Source: an uncultured Candidatus Saccharibacteria bacterium
GTDB lineage: Bacteria > Patescibacteriota > Minisyncoccia > Phycocordibacterales > Zambryskibacteraceae
Direction of reading: 5' to 3'
Length of the DNA stretch: 64,000 nt
NCBI GenBank assembly: GCA_964349945.1
Contig: CAYGIH010000001.1
Coordinates: 227,718 to 291,717, forward strand
Position 1 is the stretch's first letter, and each line of letters starts with the position of its first letter. Under the pieces are notes generated by a model. That model was not told the DNA's origin and made no database searches. It saw only the letters and a list, made by a program, of their open reading frames with translations. The position numbers and the translations under genes were made by a program. Positions 8,906-17,942 of the stretch are shown here, one piece after another.

Positions 8906-10042
8906 CTATAAGGCAATGTTTGAGTATGCTGCCAAAATAGAAATTCTCTCATCAACTCTAACTTCGTCGATATAACCTGAAATTAATTTTACTAAATTAC
9001 TATTTTTCCCTACTTGTTCAACCTTATGATTATTGAATGTCCCAGATAAAAGTGTTTTTATTATTGATTCATTTTGTGCTGAACCTATTAGAAATATTTT
9101 ATAAGGGATAACTTGATCCTTAGGTATCTCGCTAGTCACTCTTTCCCATGAACTGGTCCATTCAGTTTCAATATCCCTGAACAATTCCTCAAATTTCCTT
9201 CTGGTATCACTATTAAGCGCTCCATCAGAAAATAGTGAAATATATGAATATGCGATCTCTAAAGGAACATTCATTTTCTTTTGTATGGCTCTGGCTATAT
9301 AGGCAGGTCCGAATGGTAAGGATATAGAAACCAGCGGATACGATTTTTTAACCAAAAGCAAATCAAGAGCTTCATTAGACATATTTACCAATAAAGCTGA
9401 ATGCATATTTTGAAAGGCTCTGGTAAAAACTTTCATAAATACAAACATGAAATTTTCAAATATCATATCGTTTTTAACTCCAATCAAATTAGTAATCTCA
9501 CGTTCTATATTATCTATTGAAGATTTTTGACCAGCGTACATCATAAATTGGATTTCTAAATCATTGGTCTGTTGTGATGCAAAAATATTTGATTCATAAC
9601 CATTTAAAGTAATGTTTGTAATCTTTGAACCAAAAATTTCACTTTTTTCTATATATCTCTTTTCCAAATCATTTTTAAAATTCTCTTCCTCCTCTTTCAA
9701 AATATTTGATATATGCTTTCTGTTTACTAAAAAAGGTTTTTCTGATTTCTGTACATAAGTTCTTAAACGCGATGTTATCCAGGGAGAAGAAAAAGAGACC
9801 AATACTGTATCTACACTAGAGTTTCCTATTTCTTGAATGATTCCTTTGATGTTTCTTAGAAGAGCCTTTTCTATAGAGTTCGAATCAGGTTTATCTTTTA
9901 AATAAAGAGGCACTCTTAAAGTATTAAGAACTAAGGGTATATTTCTTGGCTGTAATTTTATAAGGCCTGCACCCACTGATCCAGAGGATATATCTAATAC
10001 GAGAACAGTTTTAGCAGAACTGAATTTAGACCATAATTTCAT
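8906..10042 (-). CDS. Hypothetical actin-fold (ASKHA) ATPase-like protein, PilM/FtsA-like N-terminus, possibly degenerate
   Basis: N-terminal 'TVLVLDISSGSVGAGLIKL' resembles the phosphate-1 motif of PilM/FtsA/ParM. The second phosphate motif is not clearly conserved. Confidence 0.3.
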   Translation of the reverse strand: MKLWSKFSSAKTVLVLDISSGSVGAGLIKLQPRNIPLVLNTLRVPLYLKDKPDSNSIEKALLRNIKGIIQEIGNSSVDTVLVSFSSPWITSRLRTYVQKSEKPFLVNRKHISNILKEEEENFKNDLEKRYIEKSEIFGSKITNITLNGYESNIFASQQTNDLEIQFMMYAGQKSSIDNIEREITNLIGVKNDMIFENFMFVFMKVFTRAFQNMHSALLVNMSNEALDLLLVKKSYPLVSISLPFGPAYIARAIQKKMNVPLEIAYSYISLFSDGALNSDTRRKFEELFRDIETEWTSSWERVTSEIPKDQVIPYKIFLIGSAQNESIIKTLLSGTFNNHKVEQVGKNSNLVKLISGYIDEVRVDERISILAAYSNIAL

Positions 10043-10046
10043 TTCT

Positions 10047-11783
10047 TTATTCTAACACTGCTTTAATTCTTCTAACACCGGCTGATACTGCTTCTTCTTT
10101 AATAATTCTAAATCTACCTAAGTCTTTTGTGTTTTTTACATGAGGGCCACCACAAAATTCTTTTGACCAAGCTGACTCAAGTTTATCTCCAATAAAATAA
10201 ATTGAAATTTGATCTGGGTATTTTTGATCAAAAAAGTGTCTCGCTCCAGTTCTCATAGCTTCTTCTTTTGGAAGGATTATGTTTTGCATAGGTAAAGCTT
10301 CTTGAATCTTGTGGTTTACTATTTCTTCAACCTTTCCTTTTTCATCATCTGTTAACTTTCTAGGGAAGGAAAAGTCAAATCTAAGCCTTTCTGCTGTGAT
10401 GTTGCTACCTTTCTGTCCTACTTCATCTCCTAATACGTCATGTAAGGCTTGATGAAGTATGTGAGTGGCTGTGTGTAGTTTCGTATTCTCCTCACTTGCA
10501 TCAGATAAACCACCTTTAAACATTCCTGCAGAAGCTGTTCTCGAGGCATTTTGGTGCTCGGCAAATTTTTTATTAAATTCTTCTACATCTATTTTTTTTC
10601 CAGTTTCTTTAGCCATCTCTATACTTAACTCAAGCGGGAACCCATAGGAGGTAAACAAAGTAAATGCATCAACACCCTTTTCAAATTCCCTTAACCCATT
10701 CTCTAGGGTTTTTTCAAATTTTTCTTCTTCTTGCTGTAGATTAGAAAATATGAATTCCTTGTTGTTATTAAGTTCAGGATAAATGTTCTTGTATATCTGA
10801 ACGACAGCACTCGCAATCTCTCGAGTAAAATTATTTATACCTAACTGTTTGCCGTATCTAACTGCTCTTCTTACAAGTCTTCTTAGAACATAGCCTTGTC
10901 CAGTATTAGATGGAGCAATTCCCTTTTCATCTCCTAAAATAAATGTAGCAGTCTTAATATGGTCAGCTATAATTCTAAAAGGTCTTTCATTTCCTTTATA
11001 TTCTTTACCAGATATTTCCTCAATTTTCTTAATAATCGGCAGGAATATATCTGTTTTATAAACATCATCCAAACCATTTAAAGCAACCAGTGTTCTTTCT
11101 AGTCCTCCTCCAAAATCTATATTTTTTTGTTTAGCTTCCTCATAAATTCCCTCTTTATTTTTTATATACTGCATAAGAACATCGTTTCCTATTTCAACCC
11201 AGTTCTTGTTTTCTGGTTCAAATCCTTTCGGTACAGCTTCACTGCCGGTCCAATAAAACATTTCTGTATCTGGTCCACACGGGCCAACCTCTCCAGCTGG
11301 TCCCCACCAGTTATCTTTTTTAGGGAGAAAAGCAATTCTTTCTTTTGGGATCCCTAAGGAAACCCAAATATCAAATGATTCAATGTCTTTAGGAGCATCA
11401 TTATCACCAGCAAAACAACTGACAGCATATTTCTCCAAGGGAATTTTTAATACTTTAGAATGAAATTCAAGAGTCATTTCTATCGCGTCCTTTTTCCAAT
11501 AGTCTCCAAGTGACCAATTACCCATCATTTCAAAAAAAGTAAGGTGTGAGTTATCCCCTACTTCATCAATATCTCCAGTTCTAATACATTTTTGAATATT
11601 TACAAGGCGTTTGCCTGCAGGGTGCTTTTCTCCAAGCAAAAATGGCACAAGTGGGTGCATTCCGGCTGTGGTAAACAATACCGAAGGGTCATTTTCTGGT
11701 ATTAAGGATGCAGAAGGCAGTATTGTATGGCCTTTTTCTTTAAAGAAATTAAGATATTTATCACGAATGTCATTAGAATTCAT
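10047..11783 (-). CDS. alaS: Alanyl-tRNA synthetase, short form (catalytic and editing domains, no C-Ala domain)
   Basis: N-terminal 'FTTAGMHPLVPFLLG...IQKCIRTGDID...FFEMMGNWSLGDY' class-II AlaRS core. 'HTATHILHQALHDVLG' editing-domain motif. 578 aa. Confidence 0.9.
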   Translation of the reverse strand: MNSNDIRDKYLNFFKEKGHTILPSASLIPENDPSVLFTTAGMHPLVPFLLGEKHPAGKRLVNIQKCIRTGDIDEVGDNSHLTFFEMMGNWSLGDYWKKDAIEMTLEFHSKVLKIPLEKYAVSCFAGDNDAPKDIESFDIWVSLGIPKERIAFLPKKDNWWGPAGEVGPCGPDTEMFYWTGSEAVPKGFEPENKNWVEIGNDVLMQYIKNKEGIYEEAKQKNIDFGGGLERTLVALNGLDDVYKTDIFLPIIKKIEEISGKEYKGNERPFRIIADHIKTATFILGDEKGIAPSNTGQGYVLRRLVRRAVRYGKQLGINNFTREIASAVVQIYKNIYPELNNNKEFIFSNLQQEEEKFEKTLENGLREFEKGVDAFTLFTSYGFPLELSIEMAKETGKKIDVEEFNKKFAEHQNASRTASAGMFKGGLSDASEENTKLHTATHILHQALHDVLGDEVGQKGSNITAERLRFDFSFPRKLTDDEKGKVEEIVNHKIQEALPMQNIILPKEEAMRTGARHFFDQKYPDQISIYFIGDKLESAWSKEFCGGPHVKNTKDLGRFRIIKEEAVSAGVRRIKAVLE

Positions 11784-11798
11784 AGCTGAAATATAACA

Positions 11799-12395
11799 CT
11801 AAATGAGAGTTTTTAAAATTTTGAAATCCTCAAATAATATGCCTTTTGAATGTTGGTTATATATAGATACTGAAGGGTGATACAAGGTTACAATTTTTAT
11901 TTTTCCCCACGATACTTTTGCATCAAAAATTTTTCCATGAAGTTCTCCAATAGGTTTTATATCTTTGGTTAAACCATACTTATTCATAATATAAACCATT
12001 GCGAATCTACCTAAAGTAGCAATGACTTTGGGTTTAATAACTTCAATTTGTCTGTCGAGAAACGGAGTGTAAATCTCGATTTCTTCGGGTTTAGGATCTC
12101 TGTTTTTTGGAGGACGATCTTTTACAATACTTGTGATAAACACTGATTCTCTGGGGATTTTTACAGAAACAAGTAATTCATCAAGAAATTTCCCAGAACG
12201 ACCGATAAAGGGTTTTCCCGTTTTGGCCTCATTAGCACCAGGCGCCTCACCAACTAACATAATCGAAGCTTTACTGCTTCCCTCCCCAACCACAGGTAAA
12301 TAGTTATTCTTAATACGTTCATCAACCAAAAAAAATCCCCTAAGAGCCTCTACTTCGTTCGCAATTTCTTTTAATTTCTCTGTACGTTCGTCCAT
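11799..12395 (-). CDS. Uracil-DNA glycosylase superfamily protein (family 4/5-like)
   Basis: 'GEAPGANEAKTGKPFIGRSGKFLDELL' motif A and 'LYHPS' motif B. Confidence 0.8.
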   Translation of the reverse strand: MDERTEKLKEIANEVEALRGFFLVDERIKNNYLPVVGEGSSKASIMLVGEAPGANEAKTGKPFIGRSGKFLDELLVSVKIPRESVFITSIVKDRPPKNRDPKPEEIEIYTPFLDRQIEVIKPKVIATLGRFAMVYIMNKYGLTKDIKPIGELHGKIFDAKVSWGKIKIVTLYHPSVSIYNQHSKGILFEDFKILKTLI

Positions 12396-12862
12396 TAATT
12401 GACACTCTTTTTTAAACTATTACCAGTTATTTTGTGCTCAATAAACCACAACACCGTAAAGGCAAACAGAGTGGCGATAGTAACAAATAGTGCGATTGGC
12501 ATGTATCCATATCCTACAGCCGCTCCAATACCCGCAGTTATCCAAAGACCAGCAGCAGTGGTAATACCAGAAGTGTGATCCTGATTATTCGTGTGGTTAT
12601 GCAAAATAGCACCACCTCCAATAAACCCTATACCCATTATTAATCCTTGGAGTACATACATATGCCCAGGAGAACCTGGATCGACTACCGGTGTGACCAG
12701 TTTGCTTAAAATTATGAATAAACATGAACCCATGGCTACCAATCCATAAGTTCTCATACCAGCAGTCTTCCCGGCGAAAGTTCTTTCAAGTCCTAAGCAT
12801 GCACCTAGAAGCATTGCTATTATTAATTCAAAAAAGAAATTTATTATATCTGCGTTATACAT
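12395..12862 (-). CDS. MgtC/SapB family membrane protein
   Basis: 'LGACLGLERTFAGKTAGMRTYGLVAMGSCLF' MgtC signature. Multiple TM helices. Confidence 0.8.
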   Translation of the reverse strand: MYNADIINFFFELIIAMLLGACLGLERTFAGKTAGMRTYGLVAMGSCLFIILSKLVTPVVDPGSPGHMYVLQGLIMGIGFIGGGAILHNHTNNQDHTSGITTAAGLWITAGIGAAVGYGYMPIALFVTIATLFAFTVLWFIEHKITGNSLKKSVN

Positions 12863-12866
12863 TTGA

Positions 12867-13583
12867 TTATAAATTATTAGGAATTTCTAAAGAATCTAAA
12901 ATACCTGTTTCCTCAATCATATCCTGCAAATTTCCAGTTTCTGGATAATTCCATCCTATCATAGTTAAATTTTTACATTCTCCATAATGAATTGCTGTTG
13001 AAGAAAACTTTGTATTTGTGATTAACCAACCCTCATCCAAGACTCTTTTCTTTCCACCATAATTAAAAACTGTTCCGGCTTCTCGTATGTCATCAAAACG
13101 AGCTTTCACATAAAGTGCCACTTTTAAATCTGACTTGGTTCCAAGTTCATTATGATATTTTGCTTCACACATAATTAGTTTTTCCTTATTCCAAGCCACC
13201 ACATCTATTTCATGAGATACACAACTACCAAGGACTATTTGATCTGTGACAGTCTCATAACCCTTCGCTTCGAGTAGTCGTGCTACAAACTTTTCGAAAG
13301 GAAAACCAGATGGTCCAAGACTCATTACTATTCTTCTTATAGAGTATCTCCTCGCAACCTGTTTTTCGATTTTATGAAGTATGTCAAAAGCATATTTATA
13401 TATATCGCCAGTGCTCATATTATCCTTTAATTCACCTAAAATACGACTGACTACTTTCTCTATAGCACTGTCTGTGGCACCTGCTCTGAATAATGAGGAA
13501 CGCAACTTGTTCATATCAAACGGCTCCCTCTTGCCGTTTGCCTTTAATATAATGATTTCTCTTTCTTCGATGTTTTGATTCAT
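12867..13583 (-). CDS. ATP-cone domain fused to a restriction-endonuclease-like PD-(D/E)xK (Mrr-cat-like) domain
   Basis: N-terminal NrdR-like ATP-cone ('IILKANGKREPFDMNKLRSSLFRAG'). C-terminal 'HEIDVVAWNKEKLIMCEAKYH' D...ExK nuclease core. Confidence 0.6.
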   Translation of the reverse strand: MNQNIEEREIIILKANGKREPFDMNKLRSSLFRAGATDSAIEKVVSRILGELKDNMSTGDIYKYAFDILHKIEKQVARRYSIRRIVMSLGPSGFPFEKFVARLLEAKGYETVTDQIVLGSCVSHEIDVVAWNKEKLIMCEAKYHNELGTKSDLKVALYVKARFDDIREAGTVFNYGGKKRVLDEGWLITNTKFSSTAIHYGECKNLTMIGWNYPETGNLQDMIEETGILDSLEIPNNL

Positions 13584-13608
13584 TCAAAAATTATAGCTTA
13601 AAACTCAT

Positions 13609-14700
13609 TTAACTTATAATTCTATTAATTATCGCTCCACCAATACAATGTTCTCCATCGTAAAACACTATAGACTGACCTTCATTTACTCCCCTAGTTG
13701 GTGACAATAAATCAACAGTATTTGAGTCCATTTTAATAGATATCTTCTCTCCTCTATATCTTATTCGGGCACATAGATTTTTTATTTCCTTATTAACACT
13801 AAAATTAATATTTTTTAATTCTATTAGTCTTGGAGAAAAATTTAATACCTCTACATCGCTATTCGCAACTGTAACGGTGTTCTTCTTCATATCCTTTGAA
13901 ACAACATAATAAGCATTACTTGTTGGACTTTTTATTTCTATATCAAAACCGTGCCTTTCACCCTTGGTATAGTAAATAGCTCCTTTATGAGTACCGATTA
14001 TTTGACCTGATTTGTTTAAAACATTTCCAGGTTGAATGTTTGTGAAGTGTGGCAAAAAATCCTCTAAAGATACTTCTCCAAGGAAACATATACCTTGGCT
14101 ATCCTTTTTGTTTGAAACAGGTATTTCGTATTTTCTTGCGAGCTTCCTCACATATGCCTTATCCAAATCACCAATAGGGAAAATCACATGCTCCAAGTCA
14201 TCTTTTGTTAGTGTCCAAAGGAAATAACTTTGATCCTTCTCCTTATCTACTCCTTCAAATAGCTTTTGATTAATATTTCTTGCATAATGCCCTGTGGCTA
14301 TATAATCAGCTCCTAATTCTTTTGCCTTTCGCCAAAATGCTCCAAATTTAATTTCCCTATTACATAACACATCTGGATTTGGTATTCGACCATCTATATA
14401 CTCATTTATCATATAGTCAGCAACTTCCTTTTTATATTCTTTTTCAAAATCAAAAAAAATGAATGGAATATTCAACTTTGCAGCCACTCTCATTGCATCA
14501 CGCCTCTCATCCTTCCATGTGCAAGGTAAAAATTCAGGCGACCAAACCTTAATAAACACACCAGTGACGTCGAATCCCTGATCTTTCAGTAATGCTGCAG
14601 AAACAGCACTGTCTACACCACCAGACAGTCCAACGAAGACTTTTTTATTTATTGAGATATTTTGCTTTATTTGCTTTGTGCTCATCAAAAGTTCTTGCAT
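13609..14700 (-). CDS. mnmA: tRNA-specific 2-thiouridylase MnmA
   Basis: PP-loop 'VGLSGGVDSAVSAALL'. MnmA catalytic Cys region. 363 aa. Confidence 0.9.
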   Translation of the reverse strand: MQELLMSTKQIKQNISINKKVFVGLSGGVDSAVSAALLKDQGFDVTGVFIKVWSPEFLPCTWKDERRDAMRVAAKLNIPFIFFDFEKEYKKEVADYMINEYIDGRIPNPDVLCNREIKFGAFWRKAKELGADYIATGHYARNINQKLFEGVDKEKDQSYFLWTLTKDDLEHVIFPIGDLDKAYVRKLARKYEIPVSNKKDSQGICFLGEVSLEDFLPHFTNIQPGNVLNKSGQIIGTHKGAIYYTKGERHGFDIEIKSPTSNAYYVVSKDMKKNTVTVANSDVEVLNFSPRLIELKNINFSVNKEIKNLCARIRYRGEKISIKMDSNTVDLLSPTRGVNEGQSIVFYDGEHCIGGAIINRIIS

Positions 14701-15589
14701 AATGCATTATACCCATCTTATCAGTCAAGAAATAAAGGTAAGGAGAGTTTTTTGGGTACAAAGATGCTCTAATAGCATTCATACCGGGATTGTTTAGTGG
14801 ATTCTTTGGTAATCCAATTTCTTTGTATGTATTCATATCTGAATCAACTTGTAGAGGCATATTTATACTAAGTCTTTTCCAAAGAATTCCTGAAGCCATA
14901 GACATTTCTTCTGGTGTTTTTGCCTCTGCTTCTAGTATTGAAGCCATAATTATGATTTCACTTAATGTGCGCTTTGATTTAGATATGTCATCCAATAATG
15001 GAGCAATTTTTTTATTAAAATTATTTTCTAACAAATTTATAGTTGAGGTGGCTGTAGCACTCACCTCTATAAAATATGTATCAGGAAATAAATATCCTTC
15101 TCTCGCTGATTTTAAGAACAATTCATGATCAAATTTACTAAATTTTGGTGTAAATAACTCAGAGATATCTTGTTTTGTAAAACCCTCTGGAATTGTGATT
15201 CTAACTTCCTCTATGTTTCTCATTCCATGTAATATTCTCCACGCAAGTAGAACAGAGTTCTCTGGAGCCTTTAAATAATAGTCACCCGCTTTCATTTTAT
15301 TTTCCCCGCCCAAAAGAATTGCAAAGCTTCTAAAACCAATAGCCGAACGAACTATGTCCTTTTGCTTTAAATCAATTGATAGCGTGTATAAACCAGATCC
15401 TTCTTTTATATTGACGATGCTCTTTGATGGGAAATTAGTTGGAGGACTAATTAAAAGGATATAAAAAAATAATATTAAAAATAAAATTAAAAAAATAACA
15501 TTCTTTCTACTCTGAAAATTATACGTTTTAAGAAAACCATCTAACCAACTAAATAATTTTTCTGCACGAGATAAAAAGGGGTTCTCCAT
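14645..15589 (-). CDS. YceG/MltG-like endolytic transglycosylase paralogue (membrane-anchored)
   Basis: N-terminal TM helix. C-terminal 'GLPKNPLNNPGMNAIRASLYP...YLYF' YceG motif. The annotated 3' end overlaps the mnmA start by 56 nt. Confidence 0.7.
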   Translation of the reverse strand: MENPFLSRAEKLFSWLDGFLKTYNFQSRKNVIFLILFLILFFYILLISPPTNFPSKSIVNIKEGSGLYTLSIDLKQKDIVRSAIGFRSFAILLGGENKMKAGDYYLKAPENSVLLAWRILHGMRNIEEVRITIPEGFTKQDISELFTPKFSKFDHELFLKSAREGYLFPDTYFIEVSATATSTINLLENNFNKKIAPLLDDISKSKRTLSEIIIMASILEAEAKTPEEMSMASGILWKRLSINMPLQVDSDMNTYKEIGLPKNPLNNPGMNAIRASLYPKNSPYLYFLTDKMGIMHYARTFDEHKANKAKYLNK

Positions 15590-15594
15590 AGAAG

Positions 15595-16800
15595 CTACAT
15601 TGGTAAATTCGAAGGAGCTTCTCCCTTTTTAGAAGGTAAACGAGCAAGGGTAGGTGTAGCTGCCACTGTAGAACTAGGGAAATGCCATATAGTGGCCAAC
15701 TCCTCAGATGTCAGGATAAATGGTTTGCCATGGAAATGTTTGAATGGAGAGTTGAAAAATGATCGCCTCTTATAAGCTTCAAGTAGATTAATCTCATTTT
15801 TTCTCTTTCGGATACCCTTAAAATCCTGCCATGGATAATCGTAGCTTGCGTTAAAACTGGGTTTGAATCCATTCAAGTTATTAGAACCAAATTGTTTAAA
15901 ACTCCCTAAGAGACCCCCAATATTGTTTTTATTTAAAACATCCTTTTCTGCTATGTACGCAGCCCTAATCATTGTGTCAAAAGCTGGCTTAGCCAATGTT
16001 CTCTCTATTGCCTTAATCGTGTCATTTTGTGATTCTGATAAATTCAAATAACTAGTCTTCTTTTCATCAGCTGTCTTAAGTGTCGCTTTCTTTAATATTT
16101 CATTAATTTCTTTTTTAACTCCATCTGACCAATCAGGTTTAAGAGAAAGTCGACCAAATTTTATTCCTTCTTTTGTGTGTCCTTGCACTAAAATTTGAAT
16201 CCAAGCTTGCTCTCCTTTTTTTAATGAACCAAGAAATTCAAGTGTGGGTACTATTGGATCATTTTTATATTCCTCTTTTGGATCTTTATCCAGACCATAC
16301 TCTACATAAGTTTTTATCGGATATGCATCTGCCTTTGTGAGGGCAAACTGACCAATCCATCCAAACGAAATCTTCTCTGGATTATAATGAACATCTAAAG
16401 TGTAATCTTTAGCTTCGTGTACCTCTACATTTGGAAATTGAGCATAAAGTTGTGCTTCAATAATATTTTTAAATTTTGGGGAGGTCCAAATATAAAAATG
16501 AACATGCCCTCCTATGGAAGCTATTTCAAGCGAAAACCAAGATCTGACTCTGCCTTTAAAATATACATCTATTAAGCTCCCCACACTCGTTTGATGAAGA
16601 GTATTCATAAATATTTCCATTGATAACGGAGACTTGAGAATCTCATTCGGTATTTTAATCTCAAGAAGAGTACTGCCCTGTTCTTTTATATACTCACGTC
16701 TCTTATAATTCATCCAAGTATCAAACCAAAACAATAGAATAAACACTGGCACCCAAATAGGAGCGTAGTATTCTAATAGAGAAACAGCAGTCATTAACAT
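15595..16800 (-). CDS. Hypothetical protein with N-terminal TM helix (401 aa)
   Basis: Hydrophobic N-terminus 'VSLLEYYAPIWVPVFILLFWF'. No recognised catalytic motif. Conserved-looking C-terminal 'ILTSEELATIWHFPS'. Confidence 0.5.
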   Translation of the reverse strand: MLMTAVSLLEYYAPIWVPVFILLFWFDTWMNYKRREYIKEQGSTLLEIKIPNEILKSPLSMEIFMNTLHQTSVGSLIDVYFKGRVRSWFSLEIASIGGHVHFYIWTSPKFKNIIEAQLYAQFPNVEVHEAKDYTLDVHYNPEKISFGWIGQFALTKADAYPIKTYVEYGLDKDPKEEYKNDPIVPTLEFLGSLKKGEQAWIQILVQGHTKEGIKFGRLSLKPDWSDGVKKEINEILKKATLKTADEKKTSYLNLSESQNDTIKAIERTLAKPAFDTMIRAAYIAEKDVLNKNNIGGLLGSFKQFGSNNLNGFKPSFNASYDYPWQDFKGIRKRKNEINLLEAYKRRSFFNSPFKHFHGKPFILTSEELATIWHFPSSTVAATPTLARLPSKKGEAPSNLPM

Positions 16801-16834
16801 AATTATATTTTACACAACCTGCACACAAAAAGCA

Positions 16835-17917
16835 CTATGCAACTGAATATTTTCCTTCTTTGTCTTTCTTGAAGAATTTGCTGTTCTGAAGATTTACCAT
16901 AATAGTATTTTCTTTCACATACCTCTCTTTGAGAACTTTTTCAATAATTTTATCCTTACTGAGTGGTCCATCTTTCTCCAAAATCTTTTTAATAACATCC
17001 TTGACTACTCCGGACATATAACCCCATTCTGCAAGAGCGTATAAACCTCGTCCCACCAAAACAAATCTTGGATCCTTTATTAATTCATTATGTGTTGTAG
17101 CTACATGTGCTTTTTTGTCAAAATATTGAGAAATGGCCTTTGCTACTTCTTTAAAGTGTATAGGTGACCCATGCTTTCTTATAACCAAGAAAGCATAATC
17201 CCTCATACCTTTGGCATTTACATTTGGGGAAGTAGTTTTACCCCATTCACCTAGAGGGTTTTTGCCAATTTTATGAGAAATAGATAACCATCTCTTTATA
17301 ACTTCTTCATTTTTATATTTCTCATTTATATCCTTAACTTCATCAAGAAAATCATTAATAAGGTCACTCTCAACGACCAATTCATCATCTGAAAGCTTTG
17401 TGTATAATTTCCTTATTGCATTCTGAATTTTCTTTGCGAGCTCTGGGTCGACGTGCCATCTATGTTTAAATTCTTCGTCTTCTTTCTCCTTTTTAAATTC
17501 ATCTCCGATTACCAATAGAAAATTTATGTGATTTTGTGTAACTTGATCCTTAGATAAATGCTTCAATAAATCTTTCTCTGCCACAATACCCCCTAAGCTT
17601 AGAATCAATTCTTTTAATTCAGTGAATGCTAGTTGAGAATCCTTATATGACTTTGACTTGCGAATAGCTGCCAATGAGTGATTTTCAATCTGACGAACTC
17701 TTTCTCTAGTAATCCCATACTTCTTTCCAATAGAATCTAGAGTCATTTTTGTTGCCTTGGTGCCGAGTCCATATCTTGATTCTATGACATCTCGACCTCG
17801 TTTAGTGAGCCCAGAAAGAAGTGACTTGGTCACTTGTTTTGGCTTGAAGCTTAATGTTATTTTTTCACTCATATGTTTATAAAGTTTATTTGTATCACTT
17901 GACGCTATATCTGTCAA
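16835..17917 (-). CDS. Sigma-70 region-4-like HTH protein with C-terminal HARE-HTH-like domain (putative RNAP-associated regulator)
   Basis: 'DVIESRYGLGTKATKMTLDSIGKKYGITRERVRQIENHSLAAIRKS' closely matches the sigma region 4.2 pattern. The C-terminal 'FVLVGRGLYALAEWGY' resembles the HARE-HTH motif of the RNAP delta subunit. Confidence 0.5.
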   Translation of the reverse strand: MTDIASSDTNKLYKHMSEKITLSFKPKQVTKSLLSGLTKRGRDVIESRYGLGTKATKMTLDSIGKKYGITRERVRQIENHSLAAIRKSKSYKDSQLAFTELKELILSLGGIVAEKDLLKHLSKDQVTQNHINFLLVIGDEFKKEKEDEEFKHRWHVDPELAKKIQNAIRKLYTKLSDDELVVESDLINDFLDEVKDINEKYKNEEVIKRWLSISHKIGKNPLGEWGKTTSPNVNAKGMRDYAFLVIRKHGSPIHFKEVAKAISQYFDKKAHVATTHNELIKDPRFVLVGRGLYALAEWGYMSGVVKDVIKKILEKDGPLSKDKIIEKVLKERYVKENTIMVNLQNSKFFKKDKEGKYSVA

Positions 17918-17942
17918 ATTAATATCTTATTTATGAAAACAA

